64,000 bases of DNA, from assembly GCF_006345805.1 (NCBI RefSeq), contig NC_042997.1:18042001-18106000 (forward strand). The letters run 5' to 3'. Positions 38,813 through 51,646 of the stretch are shown piece by piece. A model generated the notes under the pieces. It saw only the letters and a list, made by a program, of their open reading frames with translations, was not told the origin of the DNA and ran no database searches. The position numbers and the translations under genes were made by a program. Origin of the DNA: Octopus sinensis (lineage: Eukaryota). The first letter of the stretch is position 1. The number at the start of each line of letters is the position of its first letter.

Positions 38813-39462
38813 TGTGAATATAAACAAGGGTAATAATATAGATTACTACCAGTGGCCCAGCACAAAAGACGAATTAGTCATTAGACAACATATTATTCAT
38901 TCAGAAAAATATCATTCATATAGAAATATAATTAAGGGCTCCTTAATTTATCCCTTTTTTGTGCCCCTAGCACTTGGCATCCTTATTTAGGAGCCCTTAA
39001 TTATATTTCTATATGAATGATATTTTTCTGAATGAATAATATTTTGTCTAATGACTAATTCGTCTTTTGTGCTGGGCCACTGGTAGTAATCTATATTATT
39101 ACCCTTGTTTATATTCACATATTACTTGATGGATTTATTCGTAAAATTTTTTTCCCGGCATGCCCTATATCACCGGGTAGATTTTGCGTCTGCGCAGAGA
39201 TTTGAAAAGTTAAGATATGCAAGCTGTTGAGATCAACACATGGTCTAACGCGCTGCGCGTCTCGATTTAACTTAGGCATCTCGCTGATGAAACCGGCCTT
39301 AGCAAACATATTCTGTTTGTTTTGCTAGAAAGAGGTAGAAACTGATCAGTCCGAGATGTATCGTTAATGGTAAATGTTCTTGATTTTCACTCTCGATAAA
39401 TTTATCCCTTTTTTGTGCCCCTAGCACTTGGCATCCTTATTTAGGAGCCCTTAATTATATTT
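38813..39462 (+). mobile_element. Non-coding hammerhead-bearing element (Penelope pLTR / retrozyme-like), 454-bp unit
   Basis: 64-bp direct repeats at 38945-39008 and 39399-39462; 131-bp inverted copy (38813-38943 vs 38989-39119, one mismatch seen); hammerhead at 39277-39358; no ORF with recognisable domains. Confidence 0.75.
39277..39358 (+). ncRNA. Type I hammerhead ribozyme (minimal stem III, palindromic loop 3), predicted cleavage after GUC 39351
   Basis: Stem I CATCTCG (39277-83) / CGAGATG (39352-58); CTGATGA 39284-90; extended stem II (ACC/GGT, TAGCAAA/TTTGCTA); GAAA 39338-41; C-TGATCA-G; GTC. The only core deviation is A.A at 10.1/11.1. Confidence 0.78.
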
Positions 39463-39476
39463 ACATATATACATAC

Positions 39477-39523
<47 letters not shown>

Positions 39524-41319
39524 TGTATGCATGCATGTGTGTGTGTGTGTGTATCTTCAGAAGACTGAGTCTTTTTTGAATATTATCTTTTTGGCAATAT
39601 CATTACAGCTTTCCGTGAACTTCAGTTGAACTCCATATGATGACATTCAGAGAGAAGACCAGTGAAAGTAAAGTGTAAATATAAATATTGCAGACATTCA
39701 CTCTAAGGTTAATGATCTGAAAAATTATAACCTTATTTGAAATAAAAACTGTTCCTACAACATTCACTATCTCTCTCCAATACACACCTCGCATAGAATT
39801 ATCTATTAGATGCCTTGACATAGCTGAACCCAACGCAAGAATATTATTATAAGCTGAGTAAATTAATCATATGCTATGTATCTGTCATTTAATATCTAAT
39901 ATAACATAAATTTTAGTATATAATCTATGGTTAGCATCATTACTATGTAAAATATACTCTTTTTTATAATTTATAGAATGAATTATCTAAGTTGATGACA
40001 AAAGGTAACGAGAACCTTTTCAATTATGCATTATATTGTTTGACAAACAAATTCTCCATACACACACACACACATATATATATGCACATATGTTTATGTG
40101 TGGGTTTCGTGCTTTCTTTTATATCAAGAAAGATCTAGGACTTATGGATGAAAAAGATGATATTTTCAATTGTTTGTCTAAATTAATACAAAAATATTTG
40201 TGTCCATCTTATTTATCAACTTTATGTCTTTTAAGAATTTGTCTTCTGATTTTATAATTTCATGACTGAATATTTCACAAGAATATAATGTGTGCATTTC
40301 AAGTCATGATGAAAATAGTCAAAAACTTGGAAGTAAAGTAACTTCAGTGCTTTATTGATTGAAATATTATGATGGTATCTGATTTGCAACTGAACAGATA
40401 TTTAGGTATTTAATAAACATGCAGTTTATTAAGTACCTACATACCTTATACTAGTTACTTTTAATATGATTAAATTCTTTTGATTCATAATTTTATATTT
40501 AGAGATAATAATTTCTCGGTATTTACTAATGGCAAATAAAAGATTTTCAGTACTTGAGGGGCAAAAATCACTTGAGACACTCTCACCCTTAATTAATAGA
40601 TATGACAGCCCAAAGAAGATATTATGCCCTCTCACGTCTGTCTCTCCACATCACTCCACTCTTGTTAAGCCTCTAATATATGGCTGTGGTGTTGCAAAGT
40701 TTGCTTTACAACCACATAGTTCCAGGTCCAGTCCTACATCATGGTATCTTGTGCAAGTGTCTTATGCTATACCCTAAGACTAAGCAAATACTTTGTGAAT
40801 GGAATTGGTTGGCAGAAACTGTATAGAAGCGTATGGTATCTGTGGTTGTGTGTGTTTGTGAGCATATGAATGAAAATATCGATTCTGCAAGTCCTCATTA
40901 ACACTTTCAGAGCAAAAATAGGGACATTGTTAACATTATTCAGCAAAACAAATGTGCTGTAGTTTAGTGAACTGAAGGAAAAATGAAAAACACAAATAGG
41001 TGGAGGTTGGCTACTAGAAGAAAATCTCACAACAGAAAACCTAGAGCTATAAGTTTCCTCTAACCTATCCCAATATTAAAAACTGACATAAAAATAATAA
41101 TGATGATGGTGATGACTGCGTTTCTCTTGGTTTGATCTTGTATCATTATCTGATACCTTATCCTTAGGTAAGAACTTTAGAGCCCTTAGTTAGAAATAAA
41201 AATTCCTAGTTTGAATCCAATCTGGTACTATGTTGATATGTAATGAGATGGGATCAAAGAGAACAATATGTTGTGTAGATATACATACTATAAAAATTTG
41301 AAGTTGTGCAGGAACAATA

Positions 41320-41990
41320 AGCACTAAGAGCACATGGGACTTAGATTCTCTGAAATACCCAGGAGGCTCTCTTGAGGTTGCAGATAGTTTCTGTTACCTA
41401 GGTGACCAAATTAGCAATGGTGGAGGATACTCTGAAAGTATTGTTTCTAGAATAAAAATTGGGTGGAAGTTCAGCGAGTTATTACCTCAGTTGGCAACAA
41501 AAAGACTCTCTCTCTCTGAGTGACAGGTAGACTATATGATGCTTGTGTGTGAATGGCTATACTCCTTGGTAGTGAGACATAGGCTCTGAGTGCAGAAGAC
41601 ATGTGTAGACTGGGGAAAAATAAAGGTAGTATGCTCTGTTGGATGTGCAACATCAGTGCACATGTATGGGAAAGCGCAAATGTATCAAGAGAAAAGTTGG
41701 GCATAAGAGGAATCAAACATATCATGCAGGAGAGAAGACTACATTGGTTTTGACATGTGATGTGGATGAATGAGGACAGCTGTATAAAGAAGTGCTGATC
41801 ATTGAAAGGGGATGGTACCTGTGGAAGAGGGAGACCTAGGAAGACGTGGAATGAAGTGGTAAGAACTAATCCCAGGATGTTGGGCCTCACAGAGGAAATG
41901 ACAATGAATTGAGATTGTCTGGCAATATGATGTTCTAGAAAAGACCCACCCATGTCAGCAAAACTGAGTTCTAGAAATGCTGTGTATCCC
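41320..41990 (+). pseudogene. RTE-clade LINE, 3' part of ORF (post-RT domain), decayed
   Basis: LEVADSFCYLGDQISNGGGYSESIVSRIKIGWKF ... CGRGRPRKTWNEVV; stops and frameshifts. Confidence 0.85.
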
Positions 41991-42834
41991 ACCCACACTT
42001 AGCAAGAAAACTTCTCACACCCTCTACCACAACAAACCGATCTACATCTCTACATCTCTTACTCATATTTCCTCTTCATGCACTATGCTTATCTCCCCAA
42101 TCCTGTTCTCTTGGCCCTGTGCCACTGTATCATTGCTCACCACCAGCCCCTGACCTGTGTGTTCCACCCATACACTCTCTCTCACTGTATTATTGCCATC
42201 TGCTGGCCCCTGACCTGGGTGTTCCACCTACATATAACAAGGAAACTTTTCACTCACCCTACTCCAACAAACCAATCTACATCTCCACATCTCTTCACTT
42301 CCTCACATTTCCTTCTTCATACACTTTGCTTACCTCTCACTCCCCAATCCTGTCCTCATGGTCCTGTTCCTCTGTATCATTGCTATTTCCTCCTTCATAC
42401 ACTATGCCTAGCTCTCACTCCCCAATCCTGTCCTCACGGCCCTGTTCCTCTGTATCATTGCTATTTGGTAGCCCACCAACTCTGTGTGTGCCCAGGTTTT
42501 CACCACTCACTCTACTTCCCCTCCGCACTCTTTAATCACACTTCCTTTGCAATATCCTGCCACTTATATTATGCCGTTTCGAACCTCAAAGTACTTGCCA
42601 CCATCTATATCTCTCTCTTTTTCTTTACTCAACCATCCCATTTATATTCTGATCCCTGTCACTTGTGAGTATGCCTGTCATTTTGCCACCATCTCTATCC
42701 TGCTGTCTTGCACTGTCTCTCTCTCTCTCTCCTTCTCCTGCACTTCCCTCAGGTTGGGTAACCATATATTTCCTTTGCACCTGTTTCTATCTTCATTTCT
42801 GATCGCTCTCTCTCTCTCTCTCTCTCTCTCTCCT

Positions 42835-42877
<43 letters not shown>

Positions 42878-43325
42878 CCAGGTAACCTTGTATTTCCTCT
42901 ACAGCAAGACACCTGTTTCTGTCTCTCTATCTCACTATAACCTTTCATCAACCGACACAAGATTACCTCCTCTCATGCCCCCTCCTCTCTTGAAACTTTT
43001 TTTGTCTTGCAAGTACTTGCTGACCCTGTAAGTGCAGGTGCCACTTAAAAGCACCCAGTCCACACTGTAAATTAACTAGCATTTGGAAGGGCATCCAGCT
43101 CTAAAACCTTGTCAAAACTGACCTCACCTGTGCTTGCGCCATGTAAAAAGCATTAAGTCCACTCTACTGAGTGGCGGGTGTTAGGAAGGGCATCCAGCTG
43201 TAAAAATCTTGTCAAAAACAGTCACAGAAGTCTGGCACAGGCTTATGCCTGGCCAGCTCTTGTGATTATCTCACATGCTAGCATGGAGGATGGATGTTAA
43301 ATGAAAATGATGATGATGATGATGA
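41990..43325 (+). mobile_element. 3' UTR of the RTE LINE ending in the (GAT)n-tailed cassette
   Basis: Continuous with the RTE ORF; internal repeats and (CT)n; ends AGGAAGGGCATCCAGCTG..CATGCTAGCATGGAGG..(GAT)n. A homologous copy lies inverted at 58305-59170. Confidence 0.8.
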
Positions 43326-44287
43326 AGCTAATAGTCTAAGAAATTACATAGTCATGAACGGTTTTGGAACCTTTTAGCATCAGCAGCTTTTAGTAGATAA
43401 GAAGATTGGACCAGTAGAGTTTTTAATACTTTAGTACTATAAGGATTAAGCTATTGCATCCACTGGTAAATTATATACAAATTTAAAAATTATAGTTTTG
43501 TTGATTATATGCAATTTATAAATTATACATTCATAATATATTATTTTTGACAACCAAATAAAATATTTGTAAGATAATTTTTACTATTATTTAGAATTTT
43601 TTTTATTTTATAGAAATTAAATTAATTTGAGCTCATTTATTAATGCTAATATTTATACAATTATATATTGCAAAGTTAGCATCACTACTATACAGAATAC
43701 ACTTCATGCATAAACATAAATATAAATTCAGTACTAGAATATATTTATGCTGTGCATGTAAGCAAAAGCAGGGAATTGTAGTTATTCATTTTTGTCTGTT
43801 TGTCTGTGTGTTTGCAAAATTACTGGAAAACGTCACAACAGATTTTCACCAAATTTGGTAGAAATACTTATAGGGTAATTGGCTCAAGCTCATTAAATTT
43901 TGGTTTGATTATCTTCAAAACTGGTAGACAGGTGAATCAAAATGTTTGTTTTCTTTGTTACATATGTATAGATGATAAGCAGAGGAAATAACGCTTGATG
44001 TCATTTTGCTGAAATATGAATTCATCTGAGAATATATTTATTAAATTAAATTTTATCTTATTCATGTGTGCATACAAGATATGCATCACCCCTCTGATAT
44101 CTTTTTTTTCATTTATTGTATTGTAAGTTTATTGAGTATATTGCTCATTTACTCATCAGGAAAGAGTGCAGGCAACTAATTGTGAACACTAAGACTCTCC
44201 CAAGTGATCAGTGACCTTAGGATAAAAACTAGATGGAGACAGAGACATAAGGCAATCTAATAAAAGAAAAAGCAAAAAAACCTTGTA

Positions 44288-44889
44288 AGGGGGTGCTGAA
44301 AAGTTCCTAGCTTTGGGTAAAAGAAAATACAGGAGGATCAGTTAATTATGATTTTATTCAATACTAGCAGTATCGCCCGGCGTTGCTCGGGTTTGTAAGG
44401 GAAATAACTATATAAGCATTTTTAGAGAGTTATAGCCAAAAAATAGCAAAAAAATGCATTAAAAATGGAAAAAAAATTATGGTAAATTTTTTTTTAAATC
44501 GTTGACACATCGTAGACATTTTTAGAGAGTTACTTCCCTTATATAATAGCGAAATAATGCATTAAAATGGAAAAAAATATGATGGTAATTTTTTTTTTAA
44601 ATCGTAGACTCATTGTAGACGCGCACTAATACCCAGAAGGGCTCGATATGAATCACGACTATAAGATACCCGGTTTTGGTTAAACTGCACCGCAAAATGT
44701 GGGAGTAGTTAGGAATCTAAATCGTAGGAGACAGACACACAACCTTACTTTTATATATAAAGATATTCCCCTCTCAGATTCACACACTTATTGCAGTGGT
44801 TCTTCAGTTTTCCTAAGCTCTGTAAAAGAACTCAGAGGTTTGAGCCTCCAGCCATACCTTGCACAATACTTTTAAAGGCAGGGACTTTT
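44288..44889. mobile_element. mariner-type MITE split by a Helitron
   Basis: Left end TA-AGGGGGTGCTGAAAAGTTCCTAGCTTT; partial right TIR AAAGGCAGGGACTTTT (~44874-44889). About 200 bp after removing the Helitron. Confidence 0.6.
44364..44763 (-). mobile_element. Non-autonomous Helitron, copy 5 (400 bp)
   Basis: Same TC / hairpin-CTAG termini; A^T insertion, no TSD. Confidence 0.88.
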
Positions 44890-45070
44890 TGTAAAAGCAT
44901 GTGGTACCACGTAAAAGCACCCGGCACACTTTGTAAAGTGGTTGGCATTAGGAAGAGCCATAAAAACCATGCCTAATCAGACTGGAATCTGGTGCAGCTC
45001 CCAGCTTGCCAACTCTGGCTAAACTGTCCAACCATACCAGCATGGACAACACATGTTAAATGATGATGCT
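44890..45070 (+). mobile_element. (GAT)n-tailed RTE-type 3'-end fragment
   Basis: GTAAAAGCACCC..GGTTGGCATTAGGAAG..CAGCATGGAC..TTAAATGATGATG. Confidence 0.7.
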
Positions 45071-47234
45071 GCTGAAAATGATGGGAGAATGAGGGGATAG
45101 AGATTTACTGAATAGATAACAACTGGGATTTCCTATAAGCTACTGCAAGCAACTAACCAGATCTTTGACTGGGACAAGGTTCTAACCTTGAGAGTGGAAT
45201 TTATAATATCTGTATTTGGCTATTATAGTACTATGTGTCTCTCATCTATTATTTTCATGTTACGCTTGCATCTAGTGCTTTCCCTTTGTCTTTGTTACTC
45301 TCTTATCCATCACTCACACTCATTTCTTTCACTCTAATACTCTACCACCACTCTAATTCCTACTGAAATATCTTTCACAAATAATGGCTAAGGATTTGTG
45401 TATGTCCAGTCACTCTCTCTCTCTCATGCTTCTTTCTCTCACTTCTGCTTCTTACTTCTCTATTACTCATGGTTACTTCTCTACTACTCATTCTCCGCAC
45501 ATCTTTATTTGCATCCATTATCCTTTCACTTTTCTTACTATTACTCATCTTTATTCATACTCATAATTTTCTCTCTCTCTCTCTCACACATACACATTAT
45601 TCCTTTCTGTATCATTCATTATTAACATCTATTACTCTCACTCATCACTCTCTTTTAATTCCAGTTCTTTTTCTTTCATCATCGTTTCCTTTCTAAAACT
45701 TCCTTTTCCCTCATCATGCTACCCATACTGTTTTCTATACATTATCTTAACAACTACTCTTATGTAACTGACTATTGGTTTCTCCCTCTCTCTTCTATAA
45801 TTACTCTCTCCTTTATCTCTTGTTCCTATGACATTGGTTCTTTCCTTTTCTGTTTCCTGTCACCCTCTTACATTTTTTCTCTCTCTTTTGCCTCTTCTTT
45901 TTTATCACCCTCTCACTTATGTTGCCTTAAACAAACGATTATGCAAGGGAGAGAATTGCTATTAATTTTAGCTGGGAATAAGACAACCTTTCTAGTGCTG
46001 GTGCCATGATAAAATTTTCCCAGTACAACCTGTTAAGTGGATGGCATTAAGAAAATATCAAGCAATAGAATCCATGCAAAAAAGCTGTACAATGAGGCTT
46101 GGTTCCTAAGCTGTTTCGAAGGTCTATAACTGACTTGGTCCATGGCATTTTGTCAATCCATACCAAATTTGAAAAGTGGAATAAAATTGATGATGATAAT
46201 GATGATGTTGATGATGATGAGGAGGAGGAGAAGGGGAGGATACACAATACTTATATCCATATATGCTACAAATACTTTATGGAATATATGTGTATATATG
46301 TATGTAAGAATGTATACTTACTTGAAATAAATATTCTAGCTTCTTGTATCATAATTCTTTATAAATGATTTCTTGTTTTCTCAGAAGAATTCTTCACCAT
46401 AAACTTTAATTGCTGATAAATATAGGTTAATATATTGCATAGATATTCAAATACTGTTTGGTAATAGAATAGTAAATTCCTTAGCTTTATTACTGAGATC
46501 AAGTATTCATTATTGAATTAGATTTGTCTGTATGAAATGAATCCATAGAGAAAGCAGAGGTGAGAATATTTCGTGATAAATAGTCACTGCTTGATTGTAT
46601 GCTCTGATTCTTCTAATTATCTGCATAGCAGTGAAGTCAGAGGAAAAGTCAAACATCCTTTGACCAGCTGTCTGGCAGATGTCCAAACACAGAGATTTAT
46701 AAAAGCTGATGATTAAGTGTTTCCTGTCGACATTTGGACATCAGTTCTTATTGGACAATGCCCAGCCTTGATTTGAGTGGTCAGTACAGGTACAATGATT
46801 AGGTTTCTTCTTCTTCTTCTTCCTCTGCCATGTCATAATACTGAAGGATTTATATCAAATTGAACAGAAGACAGATCTTGTTAATCTAGTAGACTTACAC
46901 AAGCATAACAGAGAACTTGGTTCATACAGTTAATGCAGTGGCCACAAAGCTGCAGCACTAGAGAAGATCAGTTAATATATATCTTGGTATGGAATGATAA
47001 ATCACAAAAAAAACTTAGGAAGAATTTTTTGTTCCAAAATTACTTGTATTCATATTGTAAATATTTATTATTTTGTATAAATTTTCATAAATTCATATCA
47101 TGTATCATGAAAAACATTATTGTAGAAGTTCATAATTTGAATAAAAGAACATACTTGAAATGTGTAGTATTACATGAGTGATAACAAAACTATTGTTATT
47201 GTACTTTTTAAGAAATATTTGATACATTTCATAT

Positions 47235-47517
47235 GACCTTGCACCCTCTGATTTTCACCTCTTCCTAGCCATGAAGTTGTTTTTGAAAGGAAAGCATTTC
47301 CCAGATGATGCAGCCTTGATTTCTGAAGTCACGTCATGGTTGGAGGACAAAGCTGGGGTCTTCTACAAAAACAGTCTCCAGAGCTGCATCAAACGAGGGG
47401 AGAAATGCATAACTCTGGGTGGTTACTATGTAGAAAAAGACTAATAACTTTGCCAAGTTTCGTTGCTCTACTGCTATGGTAAGAGGGTCAGAGGCATTAC
47501 TTATTGAACGCCCCTCG
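47235..47517 (+). mobile_element. mariner 3' fragment (DD34D C-terminus plus TIR)
   Basis: 47235-47444 reads DLAPSDFHLFLAMK..KGKHF..WLEDK..FYK..KRGEKCITLGGYYVEKD*; TIR TTACTTATTGAACGCCCCTCG followed by TA. Confidence 0.88.
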
Positions 47518-47730
47518 TAAGAGACTTGATGTGAAATAACAAGGATTTTTAAAAAGCTAGGAATAATAACAGTTTTATTAGTTATGTGATGCCAGTTTGT
47601 CACCTCATTTTTGAAATATTTTATTTTGCTCGAATTTATGAGCTTCAATGATAAACTTTGTCATATATGAACATTTATTGCTATCAGTATTAAATAGTCA
47701 TAGGGCTTTGACAGATCACAACAAAATATT

Positions 47731-47961
47731 AAAGCTGAGCTAGCAGAAACGTTAGCGTGCTGAGTGAAATGCATAGCGGTATTTCGTCTGTCATTACGTT
47801 CTGCGTTCAAATTCTGCCGAGGTCGACTTTGCCTTTCATCCTTTTGGGGTCGATAAATAAAGTACCAATTTCGCACAGGGGTCGATGTAATCGACTTAAT
47901 CCCTTTGTCTGTCCTTGTTTGTCCCCTCTATGTTTAGCCCCTTGTGGGCAATAAAGAAATA
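47731..47961 (+). mobile_element. SINE family B
   Basis: Homologous to 26395-26626. Confidence 0.8.
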
Positions 47962-49073
47962 TATTTAATCAAAAATGTAAAAAGCTAACTCAACATGATG
48001 GTATCATCAAATTCGGCTTACTCATTGACTGTAAATATGTACAAATATGCCCTGATATTGTTAAATTCAACCCACTGCCATTTCATAGTTTGTAAATCTA
48101 TGATTGGTTGGTAGTTTTGTTCCTGGATCATTTGCTCAAAGGTCATGGATCCAAATTTGTTGTACAGTGTATAACTAAGCAAGTCATTTACTTCCCTATG
48201 CATCACTTCTTGGTGGGTAGAATAACAACTGGTGTTGCAGAGTATTTTAAGTCTCACACACACACACATACATGCATATGTGCACACCACACACACACAC
48301 ACACACACACACTCATGTATATATATAACAAAATGAATAACTATATGGATTATAGATTATTTAGTTTAGTGAACCATGCTTTTTTGTGTACATTATTTAT
48401 ATATTTATTTACAAATAAGCCATAATATTCTAAAAGCTGGGATTCTTGCTATACATATCCAAAATTCAAACTAATAAATTTCCATTTTATGTGAGCTTTG
48501 TTTGATACGTTAGCAAAGTCAAGTTGTCGTTTTTCTCCCTTTAATGTATGCTCATAAGTATTTATACTTCTTTGTATTTTGAATTAAGAAAACAAACATT
48601 TCTCTATTCCATAATTTCGGAAGTATATTTACAATATTACATTTAATGAAGAACAATTATCTTCTAATTTGAATCTCTTTGTTTCTTTCTTATTTTGATA
48701 TTGTTTTTACACCAATTTTTGTTTCGGTTTGGAAAAATTATGAAATATAATTTGAATATATCAACATTGAACATTATCATTTTCATTAAGCGCTTTCTTC
48801 TCCTTTAATACATTCTGCTACTAAAATCCTCATTATTATTGCCTTCATCATAATTATAATTAAAATCATCAAAACAATTAAAATCATTAACATTTACCAG
48901 CATTTTGTCATCATTATAATTATCATAAATATAAATACCACAATCATTGTAAAATTATTTAGTACAGTAAACCTATTTGACCTTTCTGAAATAATTATAT
49001 GCTTACAATATAATTAGTCTTGCTGTACTTACTGTTATATCTGCAATACTTTGGTTCTACAACAAGACTAAAT

Positions 49074-49115
<42 letters not shown>

Positions 49116-50199
49116 TATATATCATAAATATACTCCCATAGTGTTTGATGCCCAAGTTCAGCATTTCTTTTACTAACTGTATTCAGGCTCTCCCATTGAT
49201 GTTCTGATGGGAGCCCAGTTGTAATTTCATAGGTACACATGTATAATTTAGAATGATTTAAGGACCATTTGGTTTTTGTAAATAATTATGTTACCTAATT
49301 TATTGTTGTTGTTTTTTCTGCAAGTCAGTCCCAGTCAAGTTGACCAATGACTGATACAGTTCCCACTGTGAGCATTCCATCCATTTTTGTCCAGCTGCAG
49401 TGTATCAATAACTCCATTATCTAATGATGTGGAACCAAGATATTGCTGATATAAGAACTGTAATATTAACCATATTTCAAGAATACAATTATGTTTGAAA
49501 TATCAAATATGTGTTCTGTACTAAATACTTTTGCATACTTCCCAGCCATGTGGTTTGGAGTCCCACAGCATGGTGTATTGGGAAAGAGTCTTTTACTATA
49601 GTCCTGAGCTGACCTAAACCTTGTGAATGGATCTGATAGATGAAAACTAAAAGACACTCATCACACACATACACGTGCTTGCACACACACATAATCTAAG
49701 AGTCCATATATATATAATCTTCTAAGAATCCATAAGTCAAAAGATATATGCACTATGCTCATCAGGGTAGGCAGGTATGAAAACCATATGGCAATTGCTC
49801 TCTGTTATTGGAGGTGAAAAACCATTTCTAGTTTGTGGGTGTTGTGAAACAAAATGGAAGAAACTAAACGAAGGTTATACCAACAGTTTTGTTGCTTGGG
49901 CCCAAAGGTCATGCAGATGTAACTCTACAAAGGGTTTTAGTGAGACTGAAGTTCTAGACAGATTCCCAAGCAAGCAGATCATTGTGCCTGAATGTTTAAG
50001 CTCATGTTAGGGCATAGTATTACATATCCATGCTGTTATCTAACATCCAGTTTAATATAATCTTATATATAGTTGACAGATATATAAGATCATATTTTGT
50101 TTCTGACTTATGGGTTCTTAGTCAATTTACACACTCTTACGTACTGTAGTGTATATTGCAATAGATTGCCTGCTTTTTGTGTCATCAAAGAATCACCAG

Positions 50200-51060
50200 G
50201 CCACATAATATACATTTTGTGACCATGGGATTATATAACCCAGGATATTCAACAAAATATATTCCAATGTCATCCATTCACATGAGGCTGCTGATAGAGA
50301 AGATGACAGACCATGTCAGGCAAATGAAATGGAAAGCCTTTTTTCTTCAACCAGATTAAACTACCCGTGGGGAATGAACATTATGGACCGAGATTCAGGA
50401 AATTCCCACCAAAGATCAAGGAAGTGAAGGTCTTTGAAAATGACCTTCTGGGCATTATACTCCTTCTGAAATTCAATAAGTCCTCAAACCCTTTCCAATG
50501 TAAACTTTGAGTAGACATCTGGCGATGTATCTTCTGATACGACTCTATTTTTTTCTGATGTCTAAAACTTTATGTAGAGTACTGATACATGTGTACAGCT
50601 ACTTAACAACAGTATAACACAAATTTTCAGGAAAGCAACACCTCTAACCTTTGATAATATTAACCATGAGACCAAAGATATAGCATTTAAACTAGGTATA
50701 GAGAATAGAGACATGAAAAAAAGAACAAGGCTTTTATTATAATCAAATATCTTAAGCTAAACTCTGCTTCTGGCCCCATGTGTCATCTAATTGACTCTGC
50801 AATGTCTAAGCAGGTTCAATAACCATAGGTCTTCTTCCAGTATTCCAGACAGTTGAAATGTCCAGTGTTCTGGCCAAGCATGTATGGTTGTTAAAGGAAA
50901 GTGGCACAGAGTACAGCACAAAGTGGAAAATCTCAAAAAAGTACAAGGATTATTTTAATAGCAGCAGAAAGTGCAGTTTATCTTTATCCCAGAAATAAGC
51001 CCTATCAAAATTCTCTCAGAATCCAGATATCAAACTAAACTGACTCGTTTAGGTCCCTGG
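50200..51060 (+). pseudogene. Penelope-like element remnant (RT N-terminus joined to GIY-YIG C-terminus), internally deleted
   Basis: RLLIEKMTDHVRQMKWKAFF, EHYG..RKFPPKIKEVKVFENDLL, KF..NPFQCKL, IAFKLGIENR, then KWKISKK..Y.NSSRKCSLSL (PLE KW.I...Y....K.C.LCL). Confidence 0.65.
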
Positions 51061-51646
51061 AATTTAGCTGGTCATCAAAAGAGTCAATAAAATACATACC
51101 AGAGTTAAAAATAAGTACCAGTGTTGATTTGTTTAACTAAACTCTTCTAAGTAGTGCCCCAGAATGGCCACATTCCACTGACTAAAAAGGGTGAAAGACA
51201 ATATATTTATGTGTGTATGTATGTGTGTGTGTGTGTGTATTTATGTGAGTGAGTTCATATTTCCCTACACTGGTTCTATACAATCTTTTCATTTGATTGT
51301 TATTTGCTTGCAGTCCGTTATGAAAGCCTGTTCAGCTTGTTCAGCTTCTTGATATATCTTAACATGTTCTGTGATCTTTGTCAACAAAAGGTTCATTCGT
51401 ATGAAGGCGTTTGTTTTGTAGTTCTCTACAGTAATATGTCCAGGCTGTTTATTGTATGATAGACTGGGAGATTATTAACTTGCTTGAAAACAGGTGGTGT
51501 TGGTGAAAGTAAGGGTATCTGATCACTGAAAACTTTGTCCCAGCATACTCTTGTCTGACCCATGCAAGCATAGAAAAGTAGATGTGATAAGGATGATGAT
51601 GATGATTATGATGATGATGATGATGGTTGTGTTATTTATGTATATG

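Noticed and set aside
41471-41998. 175-aa minus-strand ORF
   Set aside because: Antisense to the RTE ORF remnant; no independent coding signal.
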